Part shown: piece after piece, positions 9,102 to 18,664 of the stretch
How positions within the stretch are numbered: position 1 is the first letter of the stretch
Layout of the letters: each line of letters opens with the position of its first letter
From: an uncultured Chloroflexota bacterium
GTDB taxonomy: Bacteria; Chloroflexota; UBA11872
Assembly (NCBI GenBank): GCA_964522375.1
Contig: CAZFVB010000002.1
Location: 3,752-67,751, forward strand
Reading direction: 5' to 3'
DNA: 64,000 nucleotides
Made by a program: the position numbers and the translations under genes
Notes under the pieces: generated by a model
Told to the model about the DNA's origin: nothing
Seen by the model: the letters and a program-made list of their open reading frames with translations, nothing else
Database searches by the model: none

Positions 9102-10907
9102 TTAAATCCGGTAGACAAGAGCAATCCTTGCTCCGGATTCGATATGACCAAAGCGAATGCGACTCGATCGACGCGTCCATCGCACGTGGGTCTTAACTTC
9201 CAGTCCTTTGGCCTTGACCGGTAATCGATACTGCACATCATGAAGCCGGCCTGAAGCCTCGAGTTCATCGCGAACCAGCACGGATGTCTCCTCAACACGA
9301 TAAGTCCGACGAATCCCAACATTCGAATGGACAGTTCCATCCATATCGGCAATCCCAGACATAATGACCAAGGCATCACCATCAACATGTACAGTGCTTT
9401 TCGTCGCGTGACTTGACGAACTACGACGATGCGATCGAAACATCGGCAGGGAAAACTTTCGCCAAATCAATCCTGCGGCATGCTGCCATCGACCCGCCCG
9501 CGCATGCGATCTAGCAATGTGTAACACGAACCGATTTTCACGACCGCGACTACGAACTGAACTAGCGACGATTGATGGCCCGGACCGTCGGACTGACCAA
9601 GACGCTTCTGGCTCATCGGGTTCCGACTCAAACTGGATCATGTTTCGCCAATCGTCATCCTTGTTACCAACATAAACCAAGCCCCCACCGCCAACACGAC
9701 CGCCCACAAGACGGTCAGCGGAGCGCTTGTCAGTTCGAACAATTGCACACGCCGTTCGTGAACCTATCCGGGCGACACCAGCATCAGCTGCATACATCGG
9801 GCCAGAGGGATCAATATCCGTGGCATCCACATTTCGTTCATCAAGCTGCGCAGCAGCATACGCACGAGCAAGCCAAGCCAAATCAGCCGTATGAAAAACC
9901 CGACAGACAAAACTAGCGGACCCCGAAGTAGCTTCCAGGAATCCTGATGGCGTTACAGCTGCAATGCTCTGAGCCGCCACTCGACAGGCCAATGGAATCA
10001 TCGACTTTCTTCCATCGGTTGCAAGCACATAAGCATCGTACGCAGACGAACCAGCTTCAGTATCGGCGTCCCAAAACCACCGTTTCCCTTCCAAGCCCAG
10101 CGGCTTAAGACCGTCGGGGCGAAGCACCGTACACAAAAAATCAGCACCAGTTCGCAAAGCATCCTCAAATTCAGCCTCGGCACCAAAAAGACGAAGCGCA
10201 TAACGAGAAAAGCCTACGCATCGACTGTGGTAATACACGGTTAGATCGGAAACACCCACACCTTCACCAAGGGTTTTAGCGTCTTGGACATACCGAAACG
10301 AGCCATCGGGTCGCATCTCGGCAAAGGAACGATCAATCGCCTGTTTGACCGGTAGGCGCCACGCGGTCTCATCCAAAGCCACGGATGCCGCTGCTAAACC
10401 CATCGCTCCCCACAAGCGCTGATTAGTAACCGGCTTCGCGACAACGTTATGGATCAAGTAAGTCTCACAACACAGTCGAACCGATTCCTCGATGGCCTGA
10501 CGTTCTAAGAGATCCAGGGTGTCTCCTGGATGCATTAGCAACGTAGCCAACGCATCGACACATTCACCCGCATCAATAATGTTCGTGGAGTTGTTTCGAT
10601 AGTCATGGAGGCCTGGGAAAAAGACCCAAGCACCATCCGCCGCAGAATCTGGGGCTAGACGAGACACTATCCCTCGAGCCGTCTGACGAGCCCTCGACAG
10701 GTAGCGATCCTCACCCGTGTGCCGATGAAGAGCACAGTCGATAACGATGGATCGGGAAGATTTACCCGTGTGATCAACGCCGTGCTCCGGACAGCGCATA
10801 TATCCGTAGTCATTACGCAGCCGATTGAATAGGTCCGAAGCGGCCGATAACGCCTCCGCCGCATCCGGTGTTAGTGCCGAAACAGCGGAAGCACCGATCG
10901 GCATCAC
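9102..10907 (-). CDS. 601-aa soluble protein of unknown function; possibly a heparinase II/III-like or alginate-lyase-like (alpha/alpha-toroid plus beta-sandwich) polysaccharide-modifying enzyme
   Basis: No TM segments or signal peptide are apparent. Size and context (between an acetyltransferase and GT4s) match heparinase II/III-family proteins common in EPS loci. No catalytic motif could be verified by eye. Confidence 0.35.
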   Translation of the reverse strand: MMPIGASAVSALTPDAAEALSAASDLFNRLRNDYGYMRCPEHGVDHTGKSSRSIVIDCALHRHTGEDRYLSRARQTARGIVSRLAPDSAADGAWVFFPGLHDYRNNSTNIIDAGECVDALATLLMHPGDTLDLLERQAIEESVRLCCETYLIHNVVAKPVTNQRLWGAMGLAAASVALDETAWRLPVKQAIDRSFAEMRPDGSFRYVQDAKTLGEGVGVSDLTVYYHSRCVGFSRYALRLFGAEAEFEDALRTGADFLCTVLRPDGLKPLGLEGKRWFWDADTEAGSSAYDAYVLATDGRKSMIPLACRVAAQSIAAVTPSGFLEATSGSASFVCRVFHTADLAWLARAYAAAQLDERNVDATDIDPSGPMYAADAGVARIGSRTACAIVRTDKRSADRLVGGRVGGGGLVYVGNKDDDWRNMIQFESEPDEPEASWSVRRSGPSIVASSVRSRGRENRFVLHIARSHARAGRWQHAAGLIWRKFSLPMFRSHRRSSSSHATKSTVHVDGDALVIMSGIADMDGTVHSNVGIRRTYRVEETSVLVRDELEASGRLHDVQYRLPVKAKGLEVKTHVRWTRRSSRIRFGHIESGARIALVYRI

Positions 10908-11513
10908 CTAAATGCGCTCGCCAATCACGCGTGCTGGAACTCCACCTACGATGCTGTAAGGAGCGATATCTTCCGTCACCACTGCCCGGACTGCTACGAC
11001 AGCTCCGTCACCAATCGTTACGCCAGGAAGCACAACGACCTCGCTGTAGATCATCACGTCGTCACCAATGACGACCGGACTCTCCTCGATAGGCGCCTGC
11101 AAGATCGGGACATCACGACGACTGGTGTCATGCCGGTGTGAATAAATCGTGGATTCGCGTCCAATATGCGAGTTTTTACCAATCGTAATTCCACCAGTAC
11201 AGTCCAGCCGGACTCCAGATAACACCTCTGTTCCAGAGCCTATTTCAAGTGCCACATCAGGCTGATAATCCGACTCGGCGCCAACCCGCACGTCACGTTT
11301 GATATGCACCCCAGCACCCATAGTGATTTTCAGACCACTGGGGTAGTAAAAACGACTATCGATCTTGACATCGGACCCAACCTCAACACCAGAAGCACCA
11401 CGAAGGAGCGCCGCCCTGACAATCCAAATTATCTGCTGATAGCGTCGGAACACCCGAAAGTCGGGAAAGTGACCGACGAACCGTGCGAGCTGACGCGCAA
11501 CATCTGGTCTCAT
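10908..11513 (-). CDS. Hexapeptide-repeat (left-handed beta-helix) sugar O-acetyltransferase, WcaF/NeuD-like
   Basis: Repeated [LIV]-G-x-x-x-x hexads: IGKNSHIGRESTIY, VVIGDDVMIYSEVVVLPGVTIGDGAVVAVRAVV; 201 aa. Confidence 0.8.
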   Translation of the reverse strand: MRPDVARQLARFVGHFPDFRVFRRYQQIIWIVRAALLRGASGVEVGSDVKIDSRFYYPSGLKITMGAGVHIKRDVRVGAESDYQPDVALEIGSGTEVLSGVRLDCTGGITIGKNSHIGRESTIYSHRHDTSRRDVPILQAPIEESPVVIGDDVMIYSEVVVLPGVTIGDGAVVAVRAVVTEDIAPYSIVGGVPARVIGERI

Positions 11514-12649
11514 AACTCAGACCGTCTTTCCGCCACCGAAGGAAAATCAGGACGGTCTCCACGTTTGACCGAATCAAAAACTTCCACCAATTTTCCGACC
11601 AGACCGTCAGCCCCATGCCCTTCAACTACTGACGTACGTAAACGACTTATAGTCGCATCGAGAAGATTTGGATGTAATCCGAGAACTCCATCGATCCCAC
11701 GAGCTAGTTCAGCAGGCGTATCACCCACCAAGAAGTTGTGCGCAAGTTTGCCCATAACGTTCCGATACGAGCTGTTGTTGGTTATCAACGGAATCCCACA
11801 CGCCATCGCCTCGAGCCCAGTCTTATCCAATGAGGGTTGCATCCGCCAGTTCACAAAAACGCTAAGCGACCGGTAAAACTGAGCCATGCTATCTCCTCGG
11901 ACTGGCCCGACAAACTCGACTGCCTGGTCAACCGCAAGTTCAGTGGCCAAAAGCCGTAAATCCTTAACATATTGGTGATCGGCTGAGTAAAAAGGTTCCC
12001 CTGCAATCCGTAACGAGGCATTCGGGTAACCGTTATTCCGCAACGTCGCGAGAGCCCTGATGCCAGTGTCGAATCCCTTTAGAGGGGTAAGTCGACCAGC
12101 CATGCCAAGCACCGCTCCGGTCCCAGACAATGGCAGACCGGACGGAGCAAACCGTTGAGTGTCGATCCCATGCCCAAGCAAAAATGCCCGATTGCTTGGG
12201 ATCGGATAACTCTCCACGGAAGCCGTCACTGCCGCATTTACAATCCTATTGGCCCATATAAGCGCCGATGACTTGCCATGGCTCGTGTACCAAAGCACCA
12301 AGGGCGCCCTGGCAAGACGAGCAACTGGACCAATCGCCACTGCATAAGCAGGCACCATATGAGCGAACACTGCATTTACCCGGCCACTTGCCAACAAGGA
12401 CACGCACGTCGCGCCAAATTGGTAAACCCGGCGCCCACGAGATCGACTGGATTCACAGCCCATACTATGGACGTACACATTAGGAGGCAGCTCCGTATCT
12501 ACGACTCGGCCGGCAAGCACATGAACAGAGTCCACTCGCTTGGCTAACTCACCCGTCCAGTTGTGCGCGACGGCCAAATTTACACTTGAGGAATTGAGTT
12601 CTTGCGTGACAAACAGGATCCGAAGACCCTGGCCGGGTCCATTAGTCAT
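11510..12649 (-). CDS. Glycosyltransferase family 4
   Basis: LRILFVTQE start; C-terminal GLEAMACGIPLI motif; 4-nt overlap with the downstream gene. Confidence 0.8.
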   Translation of the reverse strand: MTNGPGQGLRILFVTQELNSSSVNLAVAHNWTGELAKRVDSVHVLAGRVVDTELPPNVYVHSMGCESSRSRGRRVYQFGATCVSLLASGRVNAVFAHMVPAYAVAIGPVARLARAPLVLWYTSHGKSSALIWANRIVNAAVTASVESYPIPSNRAFLLGHGIDTQRFAPSGLPLSGTGAVLGMAGRLTPLKGFDTGIRALATLRNNGYPNASLRIAGEPFYSADHQYVKDLRLLATELAVDQAVEFVGPVRGDSMAQFYRSLSVFVNWRMQPSLDKTGLEAMACGIPLITNNSSYRNVMGKLAHNFLVGDTPAELARGIDGVLGLHPNLLDATISRLRTSVVEGHGADGLVGKLVEVFDSVKRGDRPDFPSVAERRSEL

Positions 12650-13769
12650 CTACTGACTTCAGTGCCAGTTGCCGATATGCAGCTGCATAGGCGTCCAAAA
12701 CTACCGACTTTTCAAAATGCACTGTCGATGCAGCCGCTGCAACACCGATAGCGCTCAGAACATCTGAGTTCCCCAGCACCTCAAGCACGAGCGATGCTCC
12801 GGCGTCCTGGTCCCATGGTAGTAACCATCCATTCTCGCCATGTTCAATAGTTTCAGGCATGACACCGACCGGCGTCGCAAACACAGCTGTCCCACACGAC
12901 ATCGCTTCAAGACATACACGGGGCCCACCTTCGCTCAAAGAGGGGCAAACCAGAGCATTCAGACCTCTATAGATCTCAGCCAGTTGTTGGGTGGTTTCGA
13001 GCCAGCCCATGAACGTGACTTTATTGAGGACTCCGACGCGTGCCAACTCGACTTGAAACGATCCACGTTCAGGTCCTTCACCCACGACGACAAACCTAGC
13101 CGAGGGCCATCTGGCTGCCACAGATTCAAACACTCGAGCCACATACCGTAAATTTTTGTTGGCCACCAACCGGCCCACAAACCCCAAGGCGTATTCCTTG
13201 CTCGTGCTACCAGGATGAAAAACTGATCGATCGATATATGCCGACGGGAGTACAAGTATTCGACTCGTGGGAATGCCCCAACGACGCAATAGGGTTGGAA
13301 CCTCCGAGCGATTTACAACACGAACCGCAACCGCAGCTCGCGCTACACGGGTCAAATACACGCGATAAATGATTTTCTCGATAGCTTCCCACCACTGGGC
13401 TCGTCGAGGATGCCCGGGCACATGGTGGATTTCGCTCACGTACGGCGTTCCATACTTCCGCGACAGGAACGAAGCAGCCCGTCCGTTTGAAAATATGCCG
13501 TAATCATGACTCACGATCAGATCGTGGCCATGCGCGTCCATAAGTTCCGCTCCGCGTTTACGTAACCAAGACGTCTGTCGCAACCGAGACACTGGCGACG
13601 ATTCAACAGAAACACCAATGTGGGGATTCGTCCTCGAGTTACTACCGACATTTGGAGTTAGGACATCTATTCGGTCAAATTCAGTCGCCAACCCTTCTAG
13701 GGTTGTGGCAAAAGGACCCGACCGACCGATCACAACATCACGATCACCGCTGAGCATAAGCAACTTCAC
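12642..13769 (-). CDS. Glycosyltransferase family 4
   Basis: MKLLMLSGD start; EGGPRVCLEAMSCGTAVFAT motif; overlaps its neighbours by 4-8 nt. Confidence 0.8.
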   Translation of the reverse strand: MKLLMLSGDRDVVIGRSGPFATTLEGLATEFDRIDVLTPNVGSNSRTNPHIGVSVESSPVSRLRQTSWLRKRGAELMDAHGHDLIVSHDYGIFSNGRAASFLSRKYGTPYVSEIHHVPGHPRRAQWWEAIEKIIYRVYLTRVARAAVAVRVVNRSEVPTLLRRWGIPTSRILVLPSAYIDRSVFHPGSTSKEYALGFVGRLVANKNLRYVARVFESVAARWPSARFVVVGEGPERGSFQVELARVGVLNKVTFMGWLETTQQLAEIYRGLNALVCPSLSEGGPRVCLEAMSCGTAVFATPVGVMPETIEHGENGWLLPWDQDAGASLVLEVLGNSDVLSAIGVAAAASTVHFEKSVVLDAYAAAYRQLALKSVDD

Positions 13770-14929
13770 GCTTTTGGATGCCCGTTACATCGAGTCACAT
13801 TGAGCAAGATTTGCATGGTCTCATCGACCAATCGATCCCATGCAAAATGCGAGAGGTTCGTAGAAGCTATCCCGCTTAACCGCTCGCCAAGCGCCGGGTC
13901 ATTCAACACCCGATTTACCGCGGCAACAAATGATTCCGAGTCCCCAAAGGGCACTAGAAGAGCATTTTCTTCATTCGTGAGAATCTCTCGGTTTCCACCA
14001 ATATCCGTGGTCACGATCGGTGTCCCTATAGTCCGAGTCTCGATAAGCGTGTGAGACAGACCCTCATACGCCGTATTCAGCACGAACACATCAGCCGCTC
14101 GAAGATACATAGGCACGTCTTCATGAGCTACACGACCTACAAAATGAACCCGGTCTATAACACCCAGATCTCGTGCGCACCGTTCAAGAAAATTTTGCTC
14201 GGGTCCGTCACCAACAACCACCAGAGTCGCACTCTTCGCAAATGCTGGAACCATGTCAATGAGATCATCCACGCGTTTCCATGCATAAAGACGTGCAACC
14301 GTACAGACCACCGGTCCATTCAAACCCAACTCTCGTTTAGCCTCGTCGCGCGTGTGCTCAACCAAAGGGGTTTCGGTTAACGCATTCTGAACAACTCGAA
14401 TCTTTGATTCACTGATGCCCCAGCCTTTTACGAGCTGCCCTACATATGAACTCGGAACGATAACTGTACTCGCCAATCGACTATAGGCTCGCTGAACAGC
14501 CCGAAACGCCCGCACTCTAAGCGGATGACGAGCCTCCTGAAAGGCTTCAATTCCATCACGTGTAAGTTCACGACGAATCGAAGACTCCCAAGCCCAATCA
14601 CCAACGATCTTAAGCACACGAGGACGTCCAGCCAACAATGCAGCGAGGGTGGAGGGAAGCTCAATCCCGTTGATATACACCACATCGGACCTACGCGCTG
14701 CATGCCACGTGTACCAAAACACTAGCAAGTAGCGCCAGATCACTGGTGTGGCCCACGACACCCGCTTTATGGGAAAAGGGGTTTGAACAAGTCCCTCTGG
14801 ATCATCAGGACACACTACGGCCCGGACATCGTGCCCACGGTCGTAAAGAGTTTGAGCCAGGTGATAAATGTGCGTAGCAGGTCCACCAACCGTCGGAGGA
14901 AATATGTTCGAAACAAATGTGACACGCAT
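13766..14929 (-). CDS. Glycosyltransferase family 4
   Basis: MRVTFVSNIFPPTVGGPATHIYHLAQTL (canonical GT4 N-terminus) plus EGLSHTLIETRTIGTPIV. Confidence 0.85.
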   Translation of the reverse strand: MRVTFVSNIFPPTVGGPATHIYHLAQTLYDRGHDVRAVVCPDDPEGLVQTPFPIKRVSWATPVIWRYLLVFWYTWHAARRSDVVYINGIELPSTLAALLAGRPRVLKIVGDWAWESSIRRELTRDGIEAFQEARHPLRVRAFRAVQRAYSRLASTVIVPSSYVGQLVKGWGISESKIRVVQNALTETPLVEHTRDEAKRELGLNGPVVCTVARLYAWKRVDDLIDMVPAFAKSATLVVVGDGPEQNFLERCARDLGVIDRVHFVGRVAHEDVPMYLRAADVFVLNTAYEGLSHTLIETRTIGTPIVTTDIGGNREILTNEENALLVPFGDSESFVAAVNRVLNDPALGERLSGIASTNLSHFAWDRLVDETMQILLNVTRCNGHPKA

Positions 14930-15027
14930 TAGCTGGACGCTAGCATCGAGCCCGCAGCGTCACAACGTTACCAGCTCATACTCAAGAAACTTCGATATCC
15001 AGCTCAGCAAACACAGCCCATTGCAGA

Positions 15028-16131
15028 CTACTCGGTCGAAGATGCCTTAGAAACATCATGAGAGCCATTTTGAAGGACTGGTAACGAACTCTCCCCCGTA
15101 ACCACCCCACGAGCACTAGAAAACAGACTCCATGCGGCGCCATCATCCTGCCAAACAGCGTCGCAGCCACGACACAACTTGTAGTCCTCTAATTCCCCGT
15201 CCACATGCGCCTGTCGGATCGCCTGATATTCCTTACTGTTCCATATGTCCCGAATCGATTGGGTCGACAAGTCCCCCATAATCTGATCCTCAGCGAAGTC
15301 AGCGCAGCATGACGGAACCTTGCCATCCCAATATATGGCCATCGACTTCCACAACCAGTTGCACGGAAAGTAATTAGGCCCATGCGGACGTGCCGTGTAG
15401 AAATCCGAAGTCTCCATCTGTCCGGCCCACCCATGAGCCCAAAACGTATCCCACTCGTCTACAGGGAGCCCGCTGAACCGATCAAGAAAGTGTTGGGGAA
15501 TAGTAGGTAGCGCACCCTTGGCATAATCCGAATTCCAGAGTTGAATCACCTGCATCACCATGTAGGGACGCTTACCAGATCTAGTCTTCATCGCCCGTAA
15601 TAATTGCAACACCCGCTCCAGGGTGTGATCAAACTTGGCTCCCTTACGCATTTCCTCATATTCACCAGGCTCACCAGAATCAAAACTGACAGTGAGCTTG
15701 CTCGGGCGAGCATCCAATAATTGATCGATTTTCTCATCACGTAGTAGTGTGGCGTTTGTGTTTATGTGCGCAGCGATGCCGGCTTCCTCACTCACCCGAA
15801 TCATCTCGTAGATGTCCTTGTGCATCATCGATTCACCGCGAAAGAACAAATTAGCCTCCGTTGTGAAATCCTTGGCCTCATTAATGATCTTTCGAAAAAG
15901 GTCCATTTCCATAAAACCGTTGTGCTCATTCGCACCCACACTTTGGGGACACATCGGACAACGAAGATTGCAAAAGCTCGTGGGCTCAATGTGAATCTTA
16001 AGAGGCCCATAAGGAACTTCCGTGGACCCTTTCATCCAGTGATAAACAAATCGACCAAGAGCCGGTCGCAAGATTGCACGGTGACGCCGATACTTGAGGA
16101 GCAAGTCTTTCGCTTGGCCAACCCTGTTCAC
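15028..16131 (-). CDS. Radical SAM enzyme with C-terminal SPASM/twitch auxiliary Fe-S domain
   Basis: CNLRCPMC (CX3CX2C) at residues ~53-60. C-terminal Cys cluster CNWLW...SCCADF...CRGC matches SPASM. 367 aa. Its start overlaps the stop of the upstream Trm112-like ORF by 4 nt. Confidence 0.8.
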   Translation of the reverse strand: MNRVGQAKDLLLKYRRHRAILRPALGRFVYHWMKGSTEVPYGPLKIHIEPTSFCNLRCPMCPQSVGANEHNGFMEMDLFRKIINEAKDFTTEANLFFRGESMMHKDIYEMIRVSEEAGIAAHINTNATLLRDEKIDQLLDARPSKLTVSFDSGEPGEYEEMRKGAKFDHTLERVLQLLRAMKTRSGKRPYMVMQVIQLWNSDYAKGALPTIPQHFLDRFSGLPVDEWDTFWAHGWAGQMETSDFYTARPHGPNYFPCNWLWKSMAIYWDGKVPSCCADFAEDQIMGDLSTQSIRDIWNSKEYQAIRQAHVDGELEDYKLCRGCDAVWQDDGAAWSLFSSARGVVTGESSLPVLQNGSHDVSKASSTE

Positions 16132-16361
16132 GAAGTGCTATCGACCGTCTCGCCGTTCGGCGGAATTGCCTCATCCCACAGCATGTTAGGGATTCCATCC
16201 TCGACTTTGTAACCGTAGCCGCAAACCGTGCATTCCAGCATCTTTCCACTTATGCGAAGCACACCGTCATCACGACTATGCTCATTGTTTACACAACGAA
16301 GCATCGCCAAGAAATCATCAGGGATGATTGACGAAGCTTTGGAACTGTCACGATCGACCAT
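16128..16361 (-). CDS. Trm112-like / UPF0434 (YcaR-like) small zinc-ribbon-like protein
   Basis: 77 aa; LRCVNNEHSRDDGVLRISGKMLECTVCGYGYKVEDGIPNMLWDEA matches the Trm112p-like (DUF343) pattern; translationally coupled to the rSAM gene. Confidence 0.6.
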   Translation of the reverse strand: MVDRDSSKASSIIPDDFLAMLRCVNNEHSRDDGVLRISGKMLECTVCGYGYKVEDGIPNMLWDEAIPPNGETVDSTS

Positions 16362-16396
16362 AGATCAATATTACGTCAAATTGCGTCTCTCGGAAG

Positions 16397-18643
16397 CTAG
16401 AGCATGAGATGAAGAGTGTCAAAGCCAATAAGCAGAGACGCAAAGCCCACGACGGATCCAACTTGCATTACTCGCGCCATCCGTGAACGGAGAAACATTC
16501 TCTTGGTTAAGCCAATCCAGGCCCCAAGCGCAAGGAATTGCAGGCCTAACAGCATGACGGCTACCCAAACCAACACTACCGGATAAGCGAGAAAACTTTC
16601 GGTTAATCCCATCGACCAAAAATCAAGGCCAAGACCATTTTCTGGACGTTGAGGTATAGCATCCACACCAAATCGGGACCACGGCGTACGGCTTAAAGCA
16701 TCGGCCAAGAAATCGGTCCGGTCAGGTGCAAGAAGATTCACAGCGTCAGCTCGCAACAACCACGCATGGCCAAGTAGTGGTGAAAACTGATAGGAGTAGA
16801 GAACAGCTGCATAATCGCCCTCAGGTTGGATGGATGACCACGGCTGGTAGTCCGAACCGCCATAAATCGCACCACTCAGAGGCACTGCGCCAGCCACTTG
16901 CTGTTGGAATACGTCTAGATAGCCCGTGAAATCCTTTGACACACCCATAAGTTGCGGTACGACACTGATTGCTACCGTTAGAGCAAGCACAACTTTTAAC
17001 AACCGCCTACGCGAACAACGAAACATGTGATCGATGAGTGGTGCGCCCAAAACAATAAGGAAAGGTAGCGTGGGGACTAGATAGCGCGGTCCCCAAGCAT
17101 TGCCGCCGTACCACACCTGCTTCCGGCTATATAGCAGCACATAAACGATTGGAATAGCGACAAAGAAGAATGATCGCCAGCCATGACGACGGATAAACCA
17201 CGGTATAACAGGAACAGTTAAAAGAAGGATTGGGTTGTACCACAACACACCTTTCCCCCAACTCGTGAGTAATCCCCCCAAACCAAGACCAAGAGGTAGC
17301 TCAAGCCATCCGCGCTGAAGACCACCGATGAGTTCCTGCTCATAGAGCAAGCGAAAATCAAAAAACACCCCGGCGACCAGAAGTACCGTAGGCACAACCA
17401 AAAGGAATGGCGCCAGCAGAATCATCTGCAGCTGCAGTGACGGTCGAAAACCAGCAAACCACCCATTTCCCCGACTTTCTCGGACGAGAATCGCCAACAA
17501 GAAAACTGGGATTGCTATAACAGAAACATATTTGGTTAGTACCGCTGCGAATATGGCTACTCCAGCCAAGAGCACATACCGGCGACGATTGGTGGAATCG
17601 AAGACAAGAATCAGCCACGCCGCAGGCAGCAGTAATGTCGTGACTAGAGGCTCAGCAAAATCATATTTGGCGTAAGGCCATGCCATAGTTCCCAAACCGT
17701 AGATCAGGGCCATCACAATCGACACCTGCTCCGAATACCCCAAACGTCTAACTATTCGAAAGACCAAAACCACTGCGAAAGCCGTGATTAGAGCATTGGC
17801 TGCAGGCACCCATAACCGACGAAAAAACTCCTGATTCTGTCGCTCGGACCAGACACGCCCGACTCCAGGCCCATCTATCCATCGACCTCCAGATATCCGA
17901 AGAGCTAGGCCGTCGACGTAAAGGTTTCCGGTCGGCCGTAAATATGTAATCTCAGCGCTCGCGAGCTCCAAAGGCGGATCGAACTCCCATGTCGCCGCGT
18001 AATAGTAGGCCCGAGCATTACCGATATGTCTGGCCACTGGTTTGGGTTGGTCATGTTGAATTACTGCACGAACATCACCACGATCGTATGCCCACTCTGC
18101 TGTCTCAACTCCGACACGAATGGGGTAAGTCGTAACTTGTCCCGAAGATTGAATTAGCGAAACTCGAGCAATTTCAGTGCCCTGAGCAAACTCTGCGCTA
18201 AGCCCACTGTGCGAAACGAGAGTCATTCGATCATAGGTGCCCGGCTTAATTGAAAGATCCAACCCTCCTTTAACTCCGTGACCTCCCGTCCCACCAATTG
18301 GATGAAAATTGACAAGCAACACATCGTGTTCTGCAAGAGGAATACGGTCCCGTTGTGGTGCCGCACGAGCGATAGGTTCGGCAAGGGCCACGAAAGGCAG
18401 CAAGACCGTAGGAAGACCTACGCCCCACCTGGCAAAGTTCTTGTTTTGATCCCGTAGGTACGCATGGCCTGGATCAACCATCACACTCTTGGCCATCTCG
18501 AAGGCAAAAGTCCCGTCAGCGCTATATCCAGCCCCATTACGCCCCATGCCTAGCGTCATTGCATAAATAGAGAATATGAACAAAAAAAGAAGTAGCGCAG
18601 GCCGACAGTTCGCCCGACCGATAAGTGAGCGCATCCCAGTCAT
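16397..18643 (-). CDS. Large polytopic membrane protein, possibly a GT-C-fold / YfhO-like extracytoplasmic glycosyltransferase
   Basis: 748 aa. One N-terminal TM anchor, then a ~270-residue soluble domain, then more than 10 hydrophobic helices and a C-terminal TM. No catalytic motif was confidently recognised. Confidence 0.45.
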   Translation of the reverse strand: MTGMRSLIGRANCRPALLLFLFIFSIYAMTLGMGRNGAGYSADGTFAFEMAKSVMVDPGHAYLRDQNKNFARWGVGLPTVLLPFVALAEPIARAAPQRDRIPLAEHDVLLVNFHPIGGTGGHGVKGGLDLSIKPGTYDRMTLVSHSGLSAEFAQGTEIARVSLIQSSGQVTTYPIRVGVETAEWAYDRGDVRAVIQHDQPKPVARHIGNARAYYYAATWEFDPPLELASAEITYLRPTGNLYVDGLALRISGGRWIDGPGVGRVWSERQNQEFFRRLWVPAANALITAFAVVLVFRIVRRLGYSEQVSIVMALIYGLGTMAWPYAKYDFAEPLVTTLLLPAAWLILVFDSTNRRRYVLLAGVAIFAAVLTKYVSVIAIPVFLLAILVRESRGNGWFAGFRPSLQLQMILLAPFLLVVPTVLLVAGVFFDFRLLYEQELIGGLQRGWLELPLGLGLGGLLTSWGKGVLWYNPILLLTVPVIPWFIRRHGWRSFFFVAIPIVYVLLYSRKQVWYGGNAWGPRYLVPTLPFLIVLGAPLIDHMFRCSRRRLLKVVLALTVAISVVPQLMGVSKDFTGYLDVFQQQVAGAVPLSGAIYGGSDYQPWSSIQPEGDYAAVLYSYQFSPLLGHAWLLRADAVNLLAPDRTDFLADALSRTPWSRFGVDAIPQRPENGLGLDFWSMGLTESFLAYPVVLVWVAVMLLGLQFLALGAWIGLTKRMFLRSRMARVMQVGSVVGFASLLIGFDTLHLML

Positions 18644-18664
18644 CGGATATTCGATACGGCTCGA

